From contig OY760686.1 in assembly GCA_963663865.1 (NCBI GenBank), positions 512,001 through 576,000 of the forward strand: DNA of 64,000 bases. The letters run 5' to 3'. The position numbers and the translations under genes were made by a program. The notes under the pieces are model-generated. The model ran no database searches, was not told where the DNA came from, and worked only from the letters and a program-made list of their open reading frames with translations. Shown here in pieces: positions 10,646 through 21,616 of this stretch. Position 1 is the first letter of the stretch, and each line of letters starts with the position of its first letter. The stretch comes from Spirochaetota bacterium (lineage in GTDB: Bacteria; Spirochaetota; UBA4802; UBA5550).

Positions 10646-12874
10646 TTAGTAAGAGAGGCTTGTACCGTACTCGAAGAGCTGGTTAGCTTCGTCGTTGTAC
10701 AGGTCCTCATATGCGGCTTCAACATCAGCGTCGCTTGCAGGAATACAGAACGGAAGTTTTCCTGAAGGTTTGAATCCGTCTGTTCCGTAGATGAACTCAA
10801 GAAGCTGCTCATCGTAGATACCGAACTCAACGATAAGGGCATCGATTTTTGATACATCGATGTCAGCATCGAAGAGGAAAGGCCTTGGAGCAAAGACTGA
10901 GAGGATTAGTTTGGCGCCGGCTTTTTTAGCAGCAATAGCGTCTTTAATTTTCTGAGCCTGAGCGATAGAGGCCTCTTGAGTATTGTCATTAACTCTTTCA
11001 TAACCTGCTTCGGATGGTGTGTAATGTCTCCATTCATCATAGTTGTAGTTAGCAACATCAGCCTGGAATGACAGTGGAATACCGCCGGCAATACCGGAGT
11101 AATTTCCATGACGGCCCGTTACTCTTACTATAATGTAGTCAGCAGCTGCCATGTCTGTTGTGCTCGTACCGGCGAAGCTGTCAATGACTCCGTCATCAAC
11201 ACCGTCGAAGTATACGGTACCAGATGTTGAAGAAAGAGGAAGAACGCTCTCATTCTTGACAAGAACAGTAGCTTTCTTCATAATCTCTTTAGCTTTTGCC
11301 AGGTTTGTAGTTCTTACTGCATTGGCTTTTGAAGCGTCTCTGTAAGGATTTTCGAAGACTCCAAGCTTGAACATCATCTCGAGTACTTTCCCAGCGGGGT
11401 AGTCGAGATCAGACTCAGCAAGGAAATTATTTTCTACAGCATTTAACCACATAGTGTAGCTACCGTTTCCAACCTGGTGTCCGCCTGCCTGAAGATACTT
11501 GTAAATGAGGTAACTCTCATGCTCAACAGCAACATACGTAGTTCCACCCCAACCTTGTCTTGCTTCAATAGTCCAATCTGCAAATGCCGGCACACCAACA
11601 GGAAGGTCTGCTGGGGGTGTGTATGAAGGATCTGAAAGGTCTGTATCAAGTGAAAGGTTTGTTACGCCAAAATCAGACATTAGAAGTCCATACGCTGAAC
11701 CTGCAAGAACGCCCCAGTCTGATGTGACCATTCCGTCCCATCCACACTCATCTCTGAGTACGTCCCACATGAGCGTCATCTCATAACTTGAACCAACCTC
11801 TTCGAACTCAGTGTTGAATGTTCTTGTAGTCGGATCCCAGTTTGTCATGTAGATGCTGTAGCACGGCATCACACAGAGAGGACCAGATTTAAAAGCTTCT
11901 TTGAACGCGTTAAGTGAAGCATCCATGTTTCCGCCTTTAAACAGAGCATACCTGCCCTGCTCTCTATGGCTGTCCATACCGGCCATATTTGTTCCAGCTC
12001 CGGGGAAGTGTTTGAGAGTTGCTGCAATTCCAGGAACAAGCTGGCCTTTAGAGCCATCATCTGTTTGCTGAAGTCCCTGGATGTATGCTTTGGCAAATTT
12101 ACCGGCTTTTTTAGGATCAGTGCCGAATGTGTCATAGGCGCGTGCCCATCGGGGATCACCAAGAGGGTCACACATTGGACCGAGAAGCATTCTGAAACCG
12201 CATGCCTTGTACTCCTCAGCATGCATTGATCCGATTTCCTTGATGGTGTCCTCGTCTGTAAGTGCAGAAAGACCAAGGCTGAACGGCCAGTCTCCCATCG
12301 GTTCCATGGTGTTTTTCTTGGCATATCCACCTGAAGCATCTAAGCCGGTCCCTGTTGAAGGGTCACAGCAGAATACGAAAGGAATACCAAGAGGCTGTGA
12401 TTCAACATAGGCCTGAACTTCATTGGTGTAATTGATCATTTGTTCAGCAGAAACTCCATCGCCCGGGTCACGGAACAAAGCCACTCTCACCTGAGAGGTC
12501 ACCATGCCGGCCTTAACGTTGTCAGTAAGAGAACCGTCGCTTATTCTTCCTGAGAATCCACCCTCATAAAGAAGTCCAGCTTTCTGTTCCTTGCTCATTT
12601 TAGTAAGCAGATCTGCTACTCTTTCTTCAACAGGAAGAGTCCAGTTTTCATATGCATCAACTGTTCCATTCCCATTGAGGTCTCTGTACTGCTTTCCTTC
12701 TACATCAGTGATGATTGACTTTCCTGAAGCACTGTCAACTTTTACTTCAGGCTGAACGTCTTTCCCGTCTACACAGTAAACTCCCTTATCTTTACAGGGA
12801 TCACCGTCGTCATCGCTACAAGCCGCAAAGCCTATCAATGACAGGAGAAGCGCTAAACCAAGAATTTTTTTCAT
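10646..12874 (-). CDS. Glycoside hydrolase family 3 lipoprotein (beta-glucosidase-like), paralog #1
   Basis: Lipobox FAAC followed by a D-run, DLNGNGTVDAYENW, PRWAR, LKHFPG, MPCYS, nucleophile VTSDWG, and C-terminal PSGKLPF. Confidence 0.9.
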   Translation of the reverse strand: MKKILGLALLLSLIGFAACSDDDGDPCKDKGVYCVDGKDVQPEVKVDSASGKSIITDVEGKQYRDLNGNGTVDAYENWTLPVEERVADLLTKMSKEQKAGLLYEGGFSGRISDGSLTDNVKAGMVTSQVRVALFRDPGDGVSAEQMINYTNEVQAYVESQPLGIPFVFCCDPSTGTGLDASGGYAKKNTMEPMGDWPFSLGLSALTDEDTIKEIGSMHAEEYKACGFRMLLGPMCDPLGDPRWARAYDTFGTDPKKAGKFAKAYIQGLQQTDDGSKGQLVPGIAATLKHFPGAGTNMAGMDSHREQGRYALFKGGNMDASLNAFKEAFKSGPLCVMPCYSIYMTNWDPTTRTFNTEFEEVGSSYEMTLMWDVLRDECGWDGMVTSDWGVLAGSAYGLLMSDFGVTNLSLDTDLSDPSYTPPADLPVGVPAFADWTIEARQGWGGTTYVAVEHESYLIYKYLQAGGHQVGNGSYTMWLNAVENNFLAESDLDYPAGKVLEMMFKLGVFENPYRDASKANAVRTTNLAKAKEIMKKATVLVKNESVLPLSSTSGTVYFDGVDDGVIDSFAGTSTTDMAAADYIIVRVTGRHGNYSGIAGGIPLSFQADVANYNYDEWRHYTPSEAGYERVNDNTQEASIAQAQKIKDAIAAKKAGAKLILSVFAPRPFLFDADIDVSKIDALIVEFGIYDEQLLEFIYGTDGFKPSGKLPFCIPASDADVEAAYEDLYNDEANQLFEYGTSLSY

Positions 12875-13487
12875 AAAAAATTCTCCTCCTTAAAATAATA
12901 ATGTGTGGGTTGAATTATGTAAAACTGCCCTGCTATTTGAGCAAGGAAGCAGTTTTATGCTAATTATCCCCGCTGAAGAAGGGGTCTGAATAGTAATGCT
13001 GAACTCCTTGTATGACTACCTCCGAAAACGAAGAGAAGGATCTATTAAAACGTCTTAAAAAAGTATAATATCAATATTTAGCAGGTATCTGTATGTAAGT
13101 CAACACAAAAGCTGGGATATGACAAAAAAAAGCATATTCCTACTATCTTAACCGGGATTATAACCACGATTTCAAATCCTGAAAAAGTGAAATGATTTGA
13201 ATGATATTATTAATTATTCAGTTAAAAAGTTAGAGAAAAGTTGATTTAAGTTCTGGGAAAATGAAAAAAAATTTAAGAATTTATCTAAACAATATGGTTA
13301 AAGAAGGCCAATTTCAGCAGGATGAAAATTTTTGATGAAAATGTGTGAATATCAACTTCATAATGCAGTTCAAAGCTTGACGCAGGAGTTGATATCCCCG
13401 GGTTATAAAGATTGATCATTTATTCCTTGCAAAATATGACTGTTTAAAAATAATCTTCTGAAAACGTATTTTAAACAGGCGGTTGAG

Positions 13488-14387
13488 ATGAAAAAGCTCT
13501 GTTTCACAATAGTTCTGCTTCTTTTAACCTTTTCCGGATGTACGAGCACGCATGGGGCGTACACGTTTAAGGGGACAGTAAAACTTGGCACCTGGCTGCG
13601 AAATCACAGTGTATCATACACGCATGAGGGGAAAACGCACTCCGAATCAATTCAGATATACTTCCCTAAAAGGTATGTCAAGGGAGCCAACATGAGAACC
13701 CTTGTGGTGCTTCACGGATACGACGGAACAATGCGTGACTGGGAGATAAACAGCCGGATTGAAGACTACGCTGATGAATACAACTGTGTTCTTGTTTGCC
13801 CTGCCATGAAGAAGAGCATTTACGAGACAGCGTACTATTCTGAGACGGTTACAAAGTGGTCTGCGATGCCGGGCGGCAGATATGTAATAGAGGTACTTAT
13901 CCCGCATCTCAGAACAACCTTTGCCCTGGCTCATGACAGAGACCGAACAGGCATTATGGGGCTTTCGACCGGTGGAAGGGGGGCGCTGCTTCTCTCAGCC
14001 AGCCATCCTTCTTTTTTTGCCGCGGCGGCGGGCCTTTCGGGCGACTATGATCCGCTCTCAATGACAAGAGACAGGCTTCTCAGCGCTGTTTACGGTAAAT
14101 ACGACCAGAACAGGCAGCGTTGGGAGAATGATGACAATATTATGAAGCTGGCAGTGAACCTTAAGGGTGTACCAGTTTTTCTGACACATGGTGGAAAGGA
14201 CTTCATCGTAGATCCCAAACAGAGTGAGATTCTTGCGATTAAGCTGAAATCGCTTGAAAAGGAAGATTCATCTTATTCGGTAACCTATAAAAGCTACAGC
14301 AGGAGCCTTCATGACTGGTCATACTGGAGAAAGGCGCTTCCCGAGGTCATGGCGTTCTTTGATGCCCGCCTGGAGAAGAACAATTAG
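13488..14387 (+). CDS. Alpha/beta-hydrolase esterase lipoprotein (CE1/FrmB-like)
   Basis: Lipobox FSGC, VLHG, nucleophile elbow GLSTGG, HDWSYW. Confidence 0.82.
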   Translation: MKKLCFTIVLLLLTFSGCTSTHGAYTFKGTVKLGTWLRNHSVSYTHEGKTHSESIQIYFPKRYVKGANMRTLVVLHGYDGTMRDWEINSRIEDYADEYNCVLVCPAMKKSIYETAYYSETVTKWSAMPGGRYVIEVLIPHLRTTFALAHDRDRTGIMGLSTGGRGALLLSASHPSFFAAAAGLSGDYDPLSMTRDRLLSAVYGKYDQNRQRWENDDNIMKLAVNLKGVPVFLTHGGKDFIVDPKQSEILAIKLKSLEKEDSSYSVTYKSYSRSLHDWSYWRKALPEVMAFFDARLEKNN

Positions 14388-14893
14388 GATTTCTTCCTGA
14401 AAAGCTTCTCCCAGAAGGATACCTCTTCCGGAGACAGCCTGGGGTCTGTCTCCTTTTCAACGCATTTTTTCTCCGACAAAACAGCCTCGTCTTCTTCAAT
14501 GGCAGCGGAGACGGTTTTGGCGAAGTCCTCGCTTTTAATTATTCCCGGTTTAAAGCGGTTGATATAGAATATTATCCCTTTGTCTGATGTGACAACAGTA
14601 GCCATTCTGGGATTAGGGTCCTTTTTAATGAATTCTTTAATCAAGTGGTCGGCAGAGAACTCCTGCGAATAGTAGACGTCAATGCCTGAGCGTGTTTTTT
14701 CTCTGCGGGCTGAATCTCCCATGGCCCTCTTGCCGTCGAAGACGACCCTGATTTTGGCTTTTTTTATTTTACTGAATCTGGACAGCAGTTCGAGAAGTCC
14801 GCGACGCGCTTCGTCAAGATTGCCTGCGTACATGTGCTCTTCGAGCTCTGGAAACTTGTATATCAGGTTGAAGCCGTCAATCAGATACGCCAC
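14384..14893 (-). CDS. NYN-domain (YacP-like) RNase
   Basis: YLIDGFNLI, VVFDG, SADHLI, VVTSD. Confidence 0.85.
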   Translation of the reverse strand: MAYLIDGFNLIYKFPELEEHMYAGNLDEARRGLLELLSRFSKIKKAKIRVVFDGKRAMGDSARREKTRSGIDVYYSQEFSADHLIKEFIKKDPNPRMATVVTSDKGIIFYINRFKPGIIKSEDFAKTVSAAIEEDEAVLSEKKCVEKETDPRLSPEEVSFWEKLFRKKS

Positions 14894-16068
14894 TACAGCT
14901 CCCTGACATATTCCGCGATGCGGTCAAGTGCGTTGGTGATGTTTTCCATTGATGTGGCGTATGAGCATCTGATGTATCCTTCTCCGACTGCACCGAAGGC
15001 GGTTCCCGGAACTACGGCTACCTTCTTGCTCTTCAGAAGCCCGAGAGCAAAGTCGCGCGAAGTCATTCCGCATGAGGATATCTCAGGAAAAACGTAGAAA
15101 GCTCCGTCGGGATAGTGGCACTTCAGACCGGCATCGTTGAACCGGGTGACAATATAGTTTCGGCGTTTGAAATATTCGTTCTTCATCGACCTTACGTCCT
15201 TCTCTCCTTTCTCAATGGCCTCAATCGCCGCGTACTGGGCCATTGTCGGAGCGCAGAGCGCGGTGTATTGATGTATCTTGAGCATCGGAGCAATAAGATA
15301 GTCAGGAGCCATAACATAGCCTAACCGCCAACCAGTCATAGCATGAGATTTTGAAAAGCCGTTCAGGTACACTGTCCGCTCCTTCATGCCGGGCAGGGCC
15401 GCGATTGACAGGTGTTCGTTCTCATAGGTAATAGCGGAATAGATCTCGTCTGAGAGAACAAGCAGATTGTTCTCGACGGCAACAGCGGAGATTTTTTCGA
15501 GCGCATGCCTGTCAAGCGATGCCCCAGTGGGATTTGAAGGGTAGTTTAATAGTATGGCCTTTGTCTTTTTGGTTACAGCAGCCCGTATCTTTTCCGGGTC
15601 GATTCGAAAGCCGTCAGACGGATCGGCCTGAACAGCGACCGGTACTCCGTGAAGTATAGAGATGTTTGCCTTATATGAGACGTAGCAGGGCTCGACTATG
15701 ATTATCTCGTCACCGGGGTTTATGATGCTTCTGAGCGCGAGGTCAAGTGCCTGGCTTACACCGAGTGTTATAATTATCTCATCTTCGGGGCTGTAACCGA
15801 TGCCAAAGCGCGATTCAAAGCCGGAAGTGATGAGCTTTCTAAGCTCAAGGAGCCCCTTGTTTGAGGTGTAGTGAGTGTTTCCGTCCTTGATGGAGTATAT
15901 CCCGCTGTCTGAAATGCGCCAGGGAGTGTTGAAGTCAGGTTCCCCGACGCCGAGTGAAATGCAGTCAGGCATGCTGTAGACAATATCGAAGAACTCCCTT
16001 ATCGCGGAAGGAGGGACTTCCCTTGCTGTCGTGGAGATTAGTGATTCCGGTGATTTTGTGTTTTTCAA
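14893..16068 (-). CDS. PLP-dependent aminotransferase class I/II
   Basis: GEPDF, NYPSNPTG, SDEIY, GFSKSHAMTGWRLGY. Confidence 0.93.
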   Translation of the reverse strand: MKNTKSPESLISTTAREVPPSAIREFFDIVYSMPDCISLGVGEPDFNTPWRISDSGIYSIKDGNTHYTSNKGLLELRKLITSGFESRFGIGYSPEDEIIITLGVSQALDLALRSIINPGDEIIIVEPCYVSYKANISILHGVPVAVQADPSDGFRIDPEKIRAAVTKKTKAILLNYPSNPTGASLDRHALEKISAVAVENNLLVLSDEIYSAITYENEHLSIAALPGMKERTVYLNGFSKSHAMTGWRLGYVMAPDYLIAPMLKIHQYTALCAPTMAQYAAIEAIEKGEKDVRSMKNEYFKRRNYIVTRFNDAGLKCHYPDGAFYVFPEISSCGMTSRDFALGLLKSKKVAVVPGTAFGAVGEGYIRCSYATSMENITNALDRIAEYVREL

Positions 16069-16105
16069 GGCGCCCTCCAGTATCCATCTGCCGGAAGCTT
16101 CCGGC

Positions 16106-16540
16106 TCAGATTTTGAGACACATTTCAGCCCTGGTCTTCCGGATTGTAAAGCCTATTTTTTCGAGAGTTGCCGGCTCACGAAGGTCTTCGTTGTCTGCAA
16201 GAAAAAACAGCGTATGGGCTCCTGCCTTGCCAGCTTCTTTTATGATTCTTGAGGCAAGAAGCTCTGTGAGACCGCTGCCCTTAAGCGGCGTAATAACGCC
16301 CATAGTTACAATCTCGGCCGTCCGGCCTTCAATCCTCGCCCCGGCTAAGCCCAGCAGCTTTTTTTTTCGGAATGCTCCGATGACAATGCCGTCATTTTCG
16401 ATCCACAGGTCCGCGAGTATCCCGGGGGTCCATCTCCAGGGGGGGATAATGACTTCCCAGTCGTCGGAGTTTCCGGCTTCGTATATGAGCTTGAGCTCGG
16501 CAATCTCCGGTACACGGAGCTGTATGCCTCTGTTAAGCAC
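16106..16540 (-). CDS. GNAT-like N-acetyltransferase
   Basis: Motif A-like MGVITPLKGSGLTELL and LEKIGF. Overlaps the nadB stop. Confidence 0.6.
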   Translation of the reverse strand: MLNRGIQLRVPEIAELKLIYEAGNSDDWEVIIPPWRWTPGILADLWIENDGIVIGAFRKKKLLGLAGARIEGRTAEIVTMGVITPLKGSGLTELLASRIIKEAGKAGAHTLFFLADNEDLREPATLEKIGFTIRKTRAEMCLKI

Positions 16541-18191
16541 GGTGGTCGAGCCTCCGAAGCTCCGGGAGGAGGCCGTTTCGCAGAATAACGTTTACCGGTT
16601 CAGCCGATGACTCCGGATGGTCGGTGTTGTAGTGAAGGCCGATGCTGTCGGATCTGGCCATGGCCCCGGTAATAATAAGCTCCGCTATAGTCGCGAGGTT
16701 TCTTAGCTCAATCATTCGTGAAGAAAGGGTGCTCTTCCTGTAAACCTCGTGAATCTCATCTGTCAGGATGCGCATCCGTCTCGCTGCCATTTCAAGGCGC
16801 GTGTCGCAGCGGACTATGCCGACAAAGTCCCACATCAGCCGCTTGATGTGTTCCATATTGTGCTGAACAAGAATCCACTCATCGAGGTCGAATGTACCCT
16901 CCTTGTCCCACGATGGGAATTCCGGCGCTCTGGAGCCTGATATGCTCTTTACGATTTCGGCGGCATCGACAAAGGCCCTGTTTGAAAAGACAACCGCCTC
17001 AAGCAGGGAGTTGCTCGCGAGCCTGTTGGCTCCGTGTACGCCGGTGCAGGCCGATTCGCCTGCCGCGTAAAGTCGCTTTATCGCTGTCCGGCCGTTGAGG
17101 TCTGTGACAACACCGCCGCAGAGGTAGTGTGCAGCCGGCACTACCGGGATCGGGTCACGCGACATGTCGATTCCCTCGTCGAGGCAGTGGACAAATATCT
17201 GAGGGAAGCGGTTCTGAAGGTACTCCCTGTCACGGTGAGTAATGTCGAGGAAAACGCTCTCTTCGCCGCTTGCCTTAAGCTCCCGGTCAATGGCACGTGC
17301 AACAACATCGCGCGGAGCGAGGTCGGCGAGGGGGTGAATGCCCTCCATGAAGCGCTTGCCTCGCGAGTTGAGAAGCACAGCTCCTTCGCCCCGCACTGCC
17401 TCGCTTATGAGAAAGGCCGGTCCGTCGACATCCTTCTTGGAATAGAACGATGTCGGGTGAAACTGTATAAACTCCATATCGGCGATGGCAGCTCCCGATA
17501 GATAGGCCATCGCGATGCCGTCGCCAGTCGCGATTTCGGGATTTGTCGTGTGAAGATAGACCTGGCCTACGCCGCCGCTCGCGAGGAGTGTTACCTTCGC
17601 CCTGAATGTGATGACTTCGCCGCTGCTGTTGTTAAGGATGTAGGCGCCGTAGCAGGTGGGGCAGCCGTCTTCGGGCTCTGTGCCGAGCTGATGTTCGGTC
17701 AGCAGGTCTATTGCCGTGTGATCCTCGTGGATTTTTACGTTCGGCATTGATGCTATGCGCGCGAGCAGGGCCTTTTCGACTGTTTGGCCTGTAAGGTCTG
17801 CAGAGTGTACTATGCGGTTGTGTGAGTGGCCGCCTTCCTTGCCGAGGGAGAGGACCTTCTCGCCGCGGGCATTGTATTCCATGCTGAAACGGGCGCCCCA
17901 GTCAAGAAGTTCCGCTATCGCGGAAGGGCCCTCATGGACGAGGAGCTCAACCGACTTAATATCATTGAGATAGGCTCCCGCCTTAAGGGTATCCTGAATG
18001 TGATTGTCAAATGAATCGGACGGGTCCAGGACTGAAGCTATTCCGCCCTGGGCCCGGTTTGTGCTTGATTCCGACTCCTTCTTTTTAGTTACGATGTTTA
18101 CCGTGCCTGTTTCCGCCGCCCTTATAGCGAACGAAAGGCCGGCGATTCCGCTGCCGATAATAAGATAGTCGGAGTCAAGTACTGTGCTCAT
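16533..18191 (-). CDS. nadB: L-aspartate oxidase
   Basis: GSGIAG FAD motif, AQGGIA, EGGHS, QFHPT, HYLCGG, GVHGANRLASNSLLE. Confidence 0.95.
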   Translation of the reverse strand: MSTVLDSDYLIIGSGIAGLSFAIRAAETGTVNIVTKKKESESSTNRAQGGIASVLDPSDSFDNHIQDTLKAGAYLNDIKSVELLVHEGPSAIAELLDWGARFSMEYNARGEKVLSLGKEGGHSHNRIVHSADLTGQTVEKALLARIASMPNVKIHEDHTAIDLLTEHQLGTEPEDGCPTCYGAYILNNSSGEVITFRAKVTLLASGGVGQVYLHTTNPEIATGDGIAMAYLSGAAIADMEFIQFHPTSFYSKKDVDGPAFLISEAVRGEGAVLLNSRGKRFMEGIHPLADLAPRDVVARAIDRELKASGEESVFLDITHRDREYLQNRFPQIFVHCLDEGIDMSRDPIPVVPAAHYLCGGVVTDLNGRTAIKRLYAAGESACTGVHGANRLASNSLLEAVVFSNRAFVDAAEIVKSISGSRAPEFPSWDKEGTFDLDEWILVQHNMEHIKRLMWDFVGIVRCDTRLEMAARRMRILTDEIHEVYRKSTLSSRMIELRNLATIAELIITGAMARSDSIGLHYNTDHPESSAEPVNVILRNGLLPELRRLDHRA

Positions 18192-18982
18192 TTTGAGGGT
18201 CTCCTTAAAGCGCTGAAGTTATTCTGAATCTGTTCGGCCAGCTCCTCAAGGGGCTGCTTTCTCAGTTTCGCCAGGTATTCATAGGTATGAATCACGTGTG
18301 AAGGCCTGTTTGGCTTTCCTCTGAGCGGCACCGGTGACAGGTATGGAGCGTCCGTTTCTGCGAGGATGCGGTCTGTCGGGACGTACTGTGCTGCCTCGTG
18401 TATCTCAAGCGCCTTTTTAAAGGTAGCATTTCCCGCGAATGAGATGTAAAATCCCATATCGAGGGCCTCCCGGGCGGCTTTTTTGCCTCCCGGAAAACAG
18501 TGCATTATGCCTCTGCCTGAGGATAGAGACCTCAGCACGGCCGCAGTGTCATCCCAGGCATCCCGTGAGTGTACAATGAGCGGCAGATTGCGGCGGTTTG
18601 CCAGGTCGATCTGAAACTCAAAGTATTTCAGCTGAATATTGCGGTCCGGCCCGTCGTCGTAGTGATAATCAAGACCGCACTCGCCTATTCCGAAGATAAG
18701 CTCTGCGGCATGTCCGGACAATGTTTCCGAGACAAAGCGGTCAAGTTCCGGAAGGTCATTATCCCCCCCCGAATGAGAAGGATGTATTCCCGCGCTGAAC
18801 AGTATTCCTTCGGAGCGATGAGCAAGGGCGATCGAACGCGAGTATTCAAGATTGGAAGTCCCAGTGGATATCTGAACCGCGGCCGTGACGCCGGCATGCT
18901 TCATCTCTGAAATTATATCAGTCAGAGAGTCAGAGCTGTTTTCTGACATTAAATCGAAGTGTGTGTGTGAATCAATGTACAT
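18188..18982 (-). CDS. tatD: TatD family DNase
   Basis: IDSHTH, GIHP, IGECGLDY, VHSRDA, MHCF, ETDAPYL. Confidence 0.93.
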   Translation of the reverse strand: MYIDSHTHFDLMSENSSDSLTDIISEMKHAGVTAAVQISTGTSNLEYSRSIALAHRSEGILFSAGIHPSHSGGDNDLPELDRFVSETLSGHAAELIFGIGECGLDYHYDDGPDRNIQLKYFEFQIDLANRRNLPLIVHSRDAWDDTAAVLRSLSSGRGIMHCFPGGKKAAREALDMGFYISFAGNATFKKALEIHEAAQYVPTDRILAETDAPYLSPVPLRGKPNRPSHVIHTYEYLAKLRKQPLEELAEQIQNNFSALRRPSK

Positions 18983-19097
18983 TTTTTCCCCCGCATCAGT
19001 CTTTTAAAACATGGGGTATTCTGCAAGAAATTAATTTCAGGATAATCAGCATTTTAGTTTGACAGAATTCCCGCTACAGGTGATAATCAGTTTTAAT

Positions 19098-20048
19098 ATG
19101 AACTCACTAAAGCGTAAAGACCTGCTTGACATACAGTCGCTCACGACTGAAGAAATCATGCTGATATGCAATTCCGCAAAGTACTTTAAGGAAATATTTA
19201 CCCGTTCAGTTAAGAGCGTGCCCGTTCTCAGGGGAAAGACCGTTTGCACGCTTTTCTACGAGAACTCCACGAGAACGAGGCTGAGCTTTGATCTGGCGGC
19301 CAAGAGGCTTTCAGCCGATGTTATCAATGTCGCCGTATCTACGTCGAGTGTCGCCAAGGGCGAATCGCTCATTGATACCGTGCACACACTTGAGGCAATG
19401 AAAGCCGACTATATCGTTATGAGGCACGGGGCATCGCTCGCGCCTCATTTTTTATCGAAGAATATCAAAGCCTCGGTTATTAACGCGGGGGACGGCAACC
19501 ACGCTCATCCGACGCAGGCGCTGCTTGACACATATTCGATTATGGAGAGGCGCGGTTCTCTCGAGGGCCTCAGAATCGGTATCGTGGGGGATATCCTGCA
19601 CAGCAGGGTGGCCCGTTCGGACATTGAGGCTTTCAAGCGCCTGGGGGCCAGCGTTGTTCTCTGCGGCCCTCCGACTCTCGTGCCCGATGAGTTCAAGAGC
19701 TACGGCGTCGATATCTGTTACAACCTTGATGAGATTCTTCCTGAGCTTGATGTCATAAACATGCTTAGAATACAGCGGGAGAGACAGTCGGGAGCGTTTT
19801 TTCCTTCAATACGTGAATACAACCGGCAGTTTGCCCTGACAGGCGCGAGGCTGGGCCGGTGCAAGACGGATATTATTGTTATGCACCCGGGGCCGGCGAA
19901 CCGCGGTGTTGAGATGAGTAATGAGGTCTTTGACAGCCCGAACCTGATAATGAATGAACAGGTAACCAACGGAGTTGCCGTTAGAATGGCCATTTTCTAC
20001 CTGCTGGCCGGAGCGGCCCCGCTTGAAGACATGAAAGAGGCGCAATGA
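19098..20048 (+). CDS. pyrB: Aspartate carbamoyltransferase catalytic subunit
   Basis: FYENSTRTR, HPTQALLD, RIQRER, MHPGPANRG. Confidence 0.96.
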   Translation: MNSLKRKDLLDIQSLTTEEIMLICNSAKYFKEIFTRSVKSVPVLRGKTVCTLFYENSTRTRLSFDLAAKRLSADVINVAVSTSSVAKGESLIDTVHTLEAMKADYIVMRHGASLAPHFLSKNIKASVINAGDGNHAHPTQALLDTYSIMERRGSLEGLRIGIVGDILHSRVARSDIEAFKRLGASVVLCGPPTLVPDEFKSYGVDICYNLDEILPELDVINMLRIQRERQSGAFFPSIREYNRQFALTGARLGRCKTDIIVMHPGPANRGVEMSNEVFDSPNLIMNEQVTNGVAVRMAIFYLLAGAAPLEDMKEAQ

Positions 20049-21319
20049 AAATAGTAATAAAAAACGGAAGGCTTATCGACCCTGAGTCGGGAACCGATTC
20101 GCCCCAGAACCTTCTGCTTGAAGACGGTGTCATAGCCAGGAGAACGGCGGATCCGATTGAAGAGGGAGGCGCCGAGGTGATTGACGCCTCGGGCTGCATC
20201 GTTACTCCCGGGCTTATCGATATGCACGTTCACTTTCGAGAGCCGGGACGCGAAGACGTTGAAACGATAATCGGCGGTTCGAAGGTGGCAGCCAAGAGCG
20301 GATATACATCAGTATGCACAATGCCCAATACTGACCCTCCGATTGACAACCAGGCCCTTGTGAGGTTTATAAAGCTTGAGGCGGAAAAGGGCCCGATTAA
20401 CGTTTACCCCGCGGCGAAGATCACCAGAAACGACGGCGTGCTTCTTTCGGAGATGGGCGAGCTCATAAATGCCGGAGCTGTTGCCTTTACTGATGACGGA
20501 CTTCCAGTAAAAAGCTCTGTGGTTATGAGGCGCGCGCTTGAGTATTCGAGGATGTTCGATGTGCCGCTGCTGACTCATTCAGAGGATCTTGAACTGACCG
20601 GCGGCGGGCTCATGAATGAAGGCGTGAATTCAATCCTTCTCGGACTGTGCGGAATACCCCGTGAGTCGGAAGAGGTCATGATAGCAAGAGACGTTCTTCT
20701 GACGAGGCTTACACAGGGAAGGCTTCATGTGTGTCATGTTTCATCCGCGGGATCGGCCGAGATAATAAGGCTGGCCAGAAATCATGGAATACGCGTTACA
20801 GCTGAAACGGCGCCTCATTACTTTTCCCTTACGGATGATGCAGTTGCGGAGCATATGTCAATGGCCAAGATGAAGCCCCCGCTTCGTACGGACGAGGACA
20901 GGCGCGCGATGATTGAGGCGCTCAGGGAGGGCCTTATCGAGGTCATAGCGACAGACCACGCGCCTCACTCCGGAAATGAGAAGATGCAGGAGATGGAGTA
21001 TGCTCCGTTCGGCATTATCGGGCTTGAGACGGCGGTACCCCTGATTATAACCGTTCTTGTCAAACAGAACAGGTTTTCCTATTTGCAGGCTTTCGAGAAG
21101 GTGACGATAAACCCGGCACGCATACTCAGGCTCAATGCCGGCACTCTTTCAGAAGGCAGCCCGGCTGATGTGACCGTAATTGATCCAGAGAAGGAAGTCC
21201 TTATTGATGAGGATTTTATACTCTCTCATTGCAAGAATACGCCCTTTATGGGAATGAGGCTTAATGGCTCGGTGGAGTACACTATCTGCGGTGGCAGAGT
21301 TGTGTATTCCAGGCAATGA
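20045..21319 (+). CDS. pyrC: Dihydroorotase (type I)
   Basis: PGLIDMHVHFREPG, MPNT, KPPLR, ATDHAPH; coupled to pyrB. Confidence 0.95.
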   Translation: MKIVIKNGRLIDPESGTDSPQNLLLEDGVIARRTADPIEEGGAEVIDASGCIVTPGLIDMHVHFREPGREDVETIIGGSKVAAKSGYTSVCTMPNTDPPIDNQALVRFIKLEAEKGPINVYPAAKITRNDGVLLSEMGELINAGAVAFTDDGLPVKSSVVMRRALEYSRMFDVPLLTHSEDLELTGGGLMNEGVNSILLGLCGIPRESEEVMIARDVLLTRLTQGRLHVCHVSSAGSAEIIRLARNHGIRVTAETAPHYFSLTDDAVAEHMSMAKMKPPLRTDEDRRAMIEALREGLIEVIATDHAPHSGNEKMQEMEYAPFGIIGLETAVPLIITVLVKQNRFSYLQAFEKVTINPARILRLNAGTLSEGSPADVTVIDPEKEVLIDEDFILSHCKNTPFMGMRLNGSVEYTICGGRVVYSRQ

Positions 21320-21616
21320 TAAGGATGGTCTTATTTCCATAAAAAATTATTTAAAACTTGACTTTCATATAGAATCGCTTTAAAGAATGCCATTCCCGGT
21401 TAGGCGTGATCAGCCAGGGTTCTGTTTATGATTCACCGGGGCGTTGTATCCGGATGCTAAAAACAAGGACTTTTCAATAAAGATTTTGCTAATAAAAAAA
21501 TAAATGAGGAGGAATGCCGATTTAAAAATCAAACATAATGAATAATATAAGAAGGTAATTTGATAATTACCTCTTATTATTATAAAAAACATAAAATTAT
21601 AGGAGGAGGATTTTTT

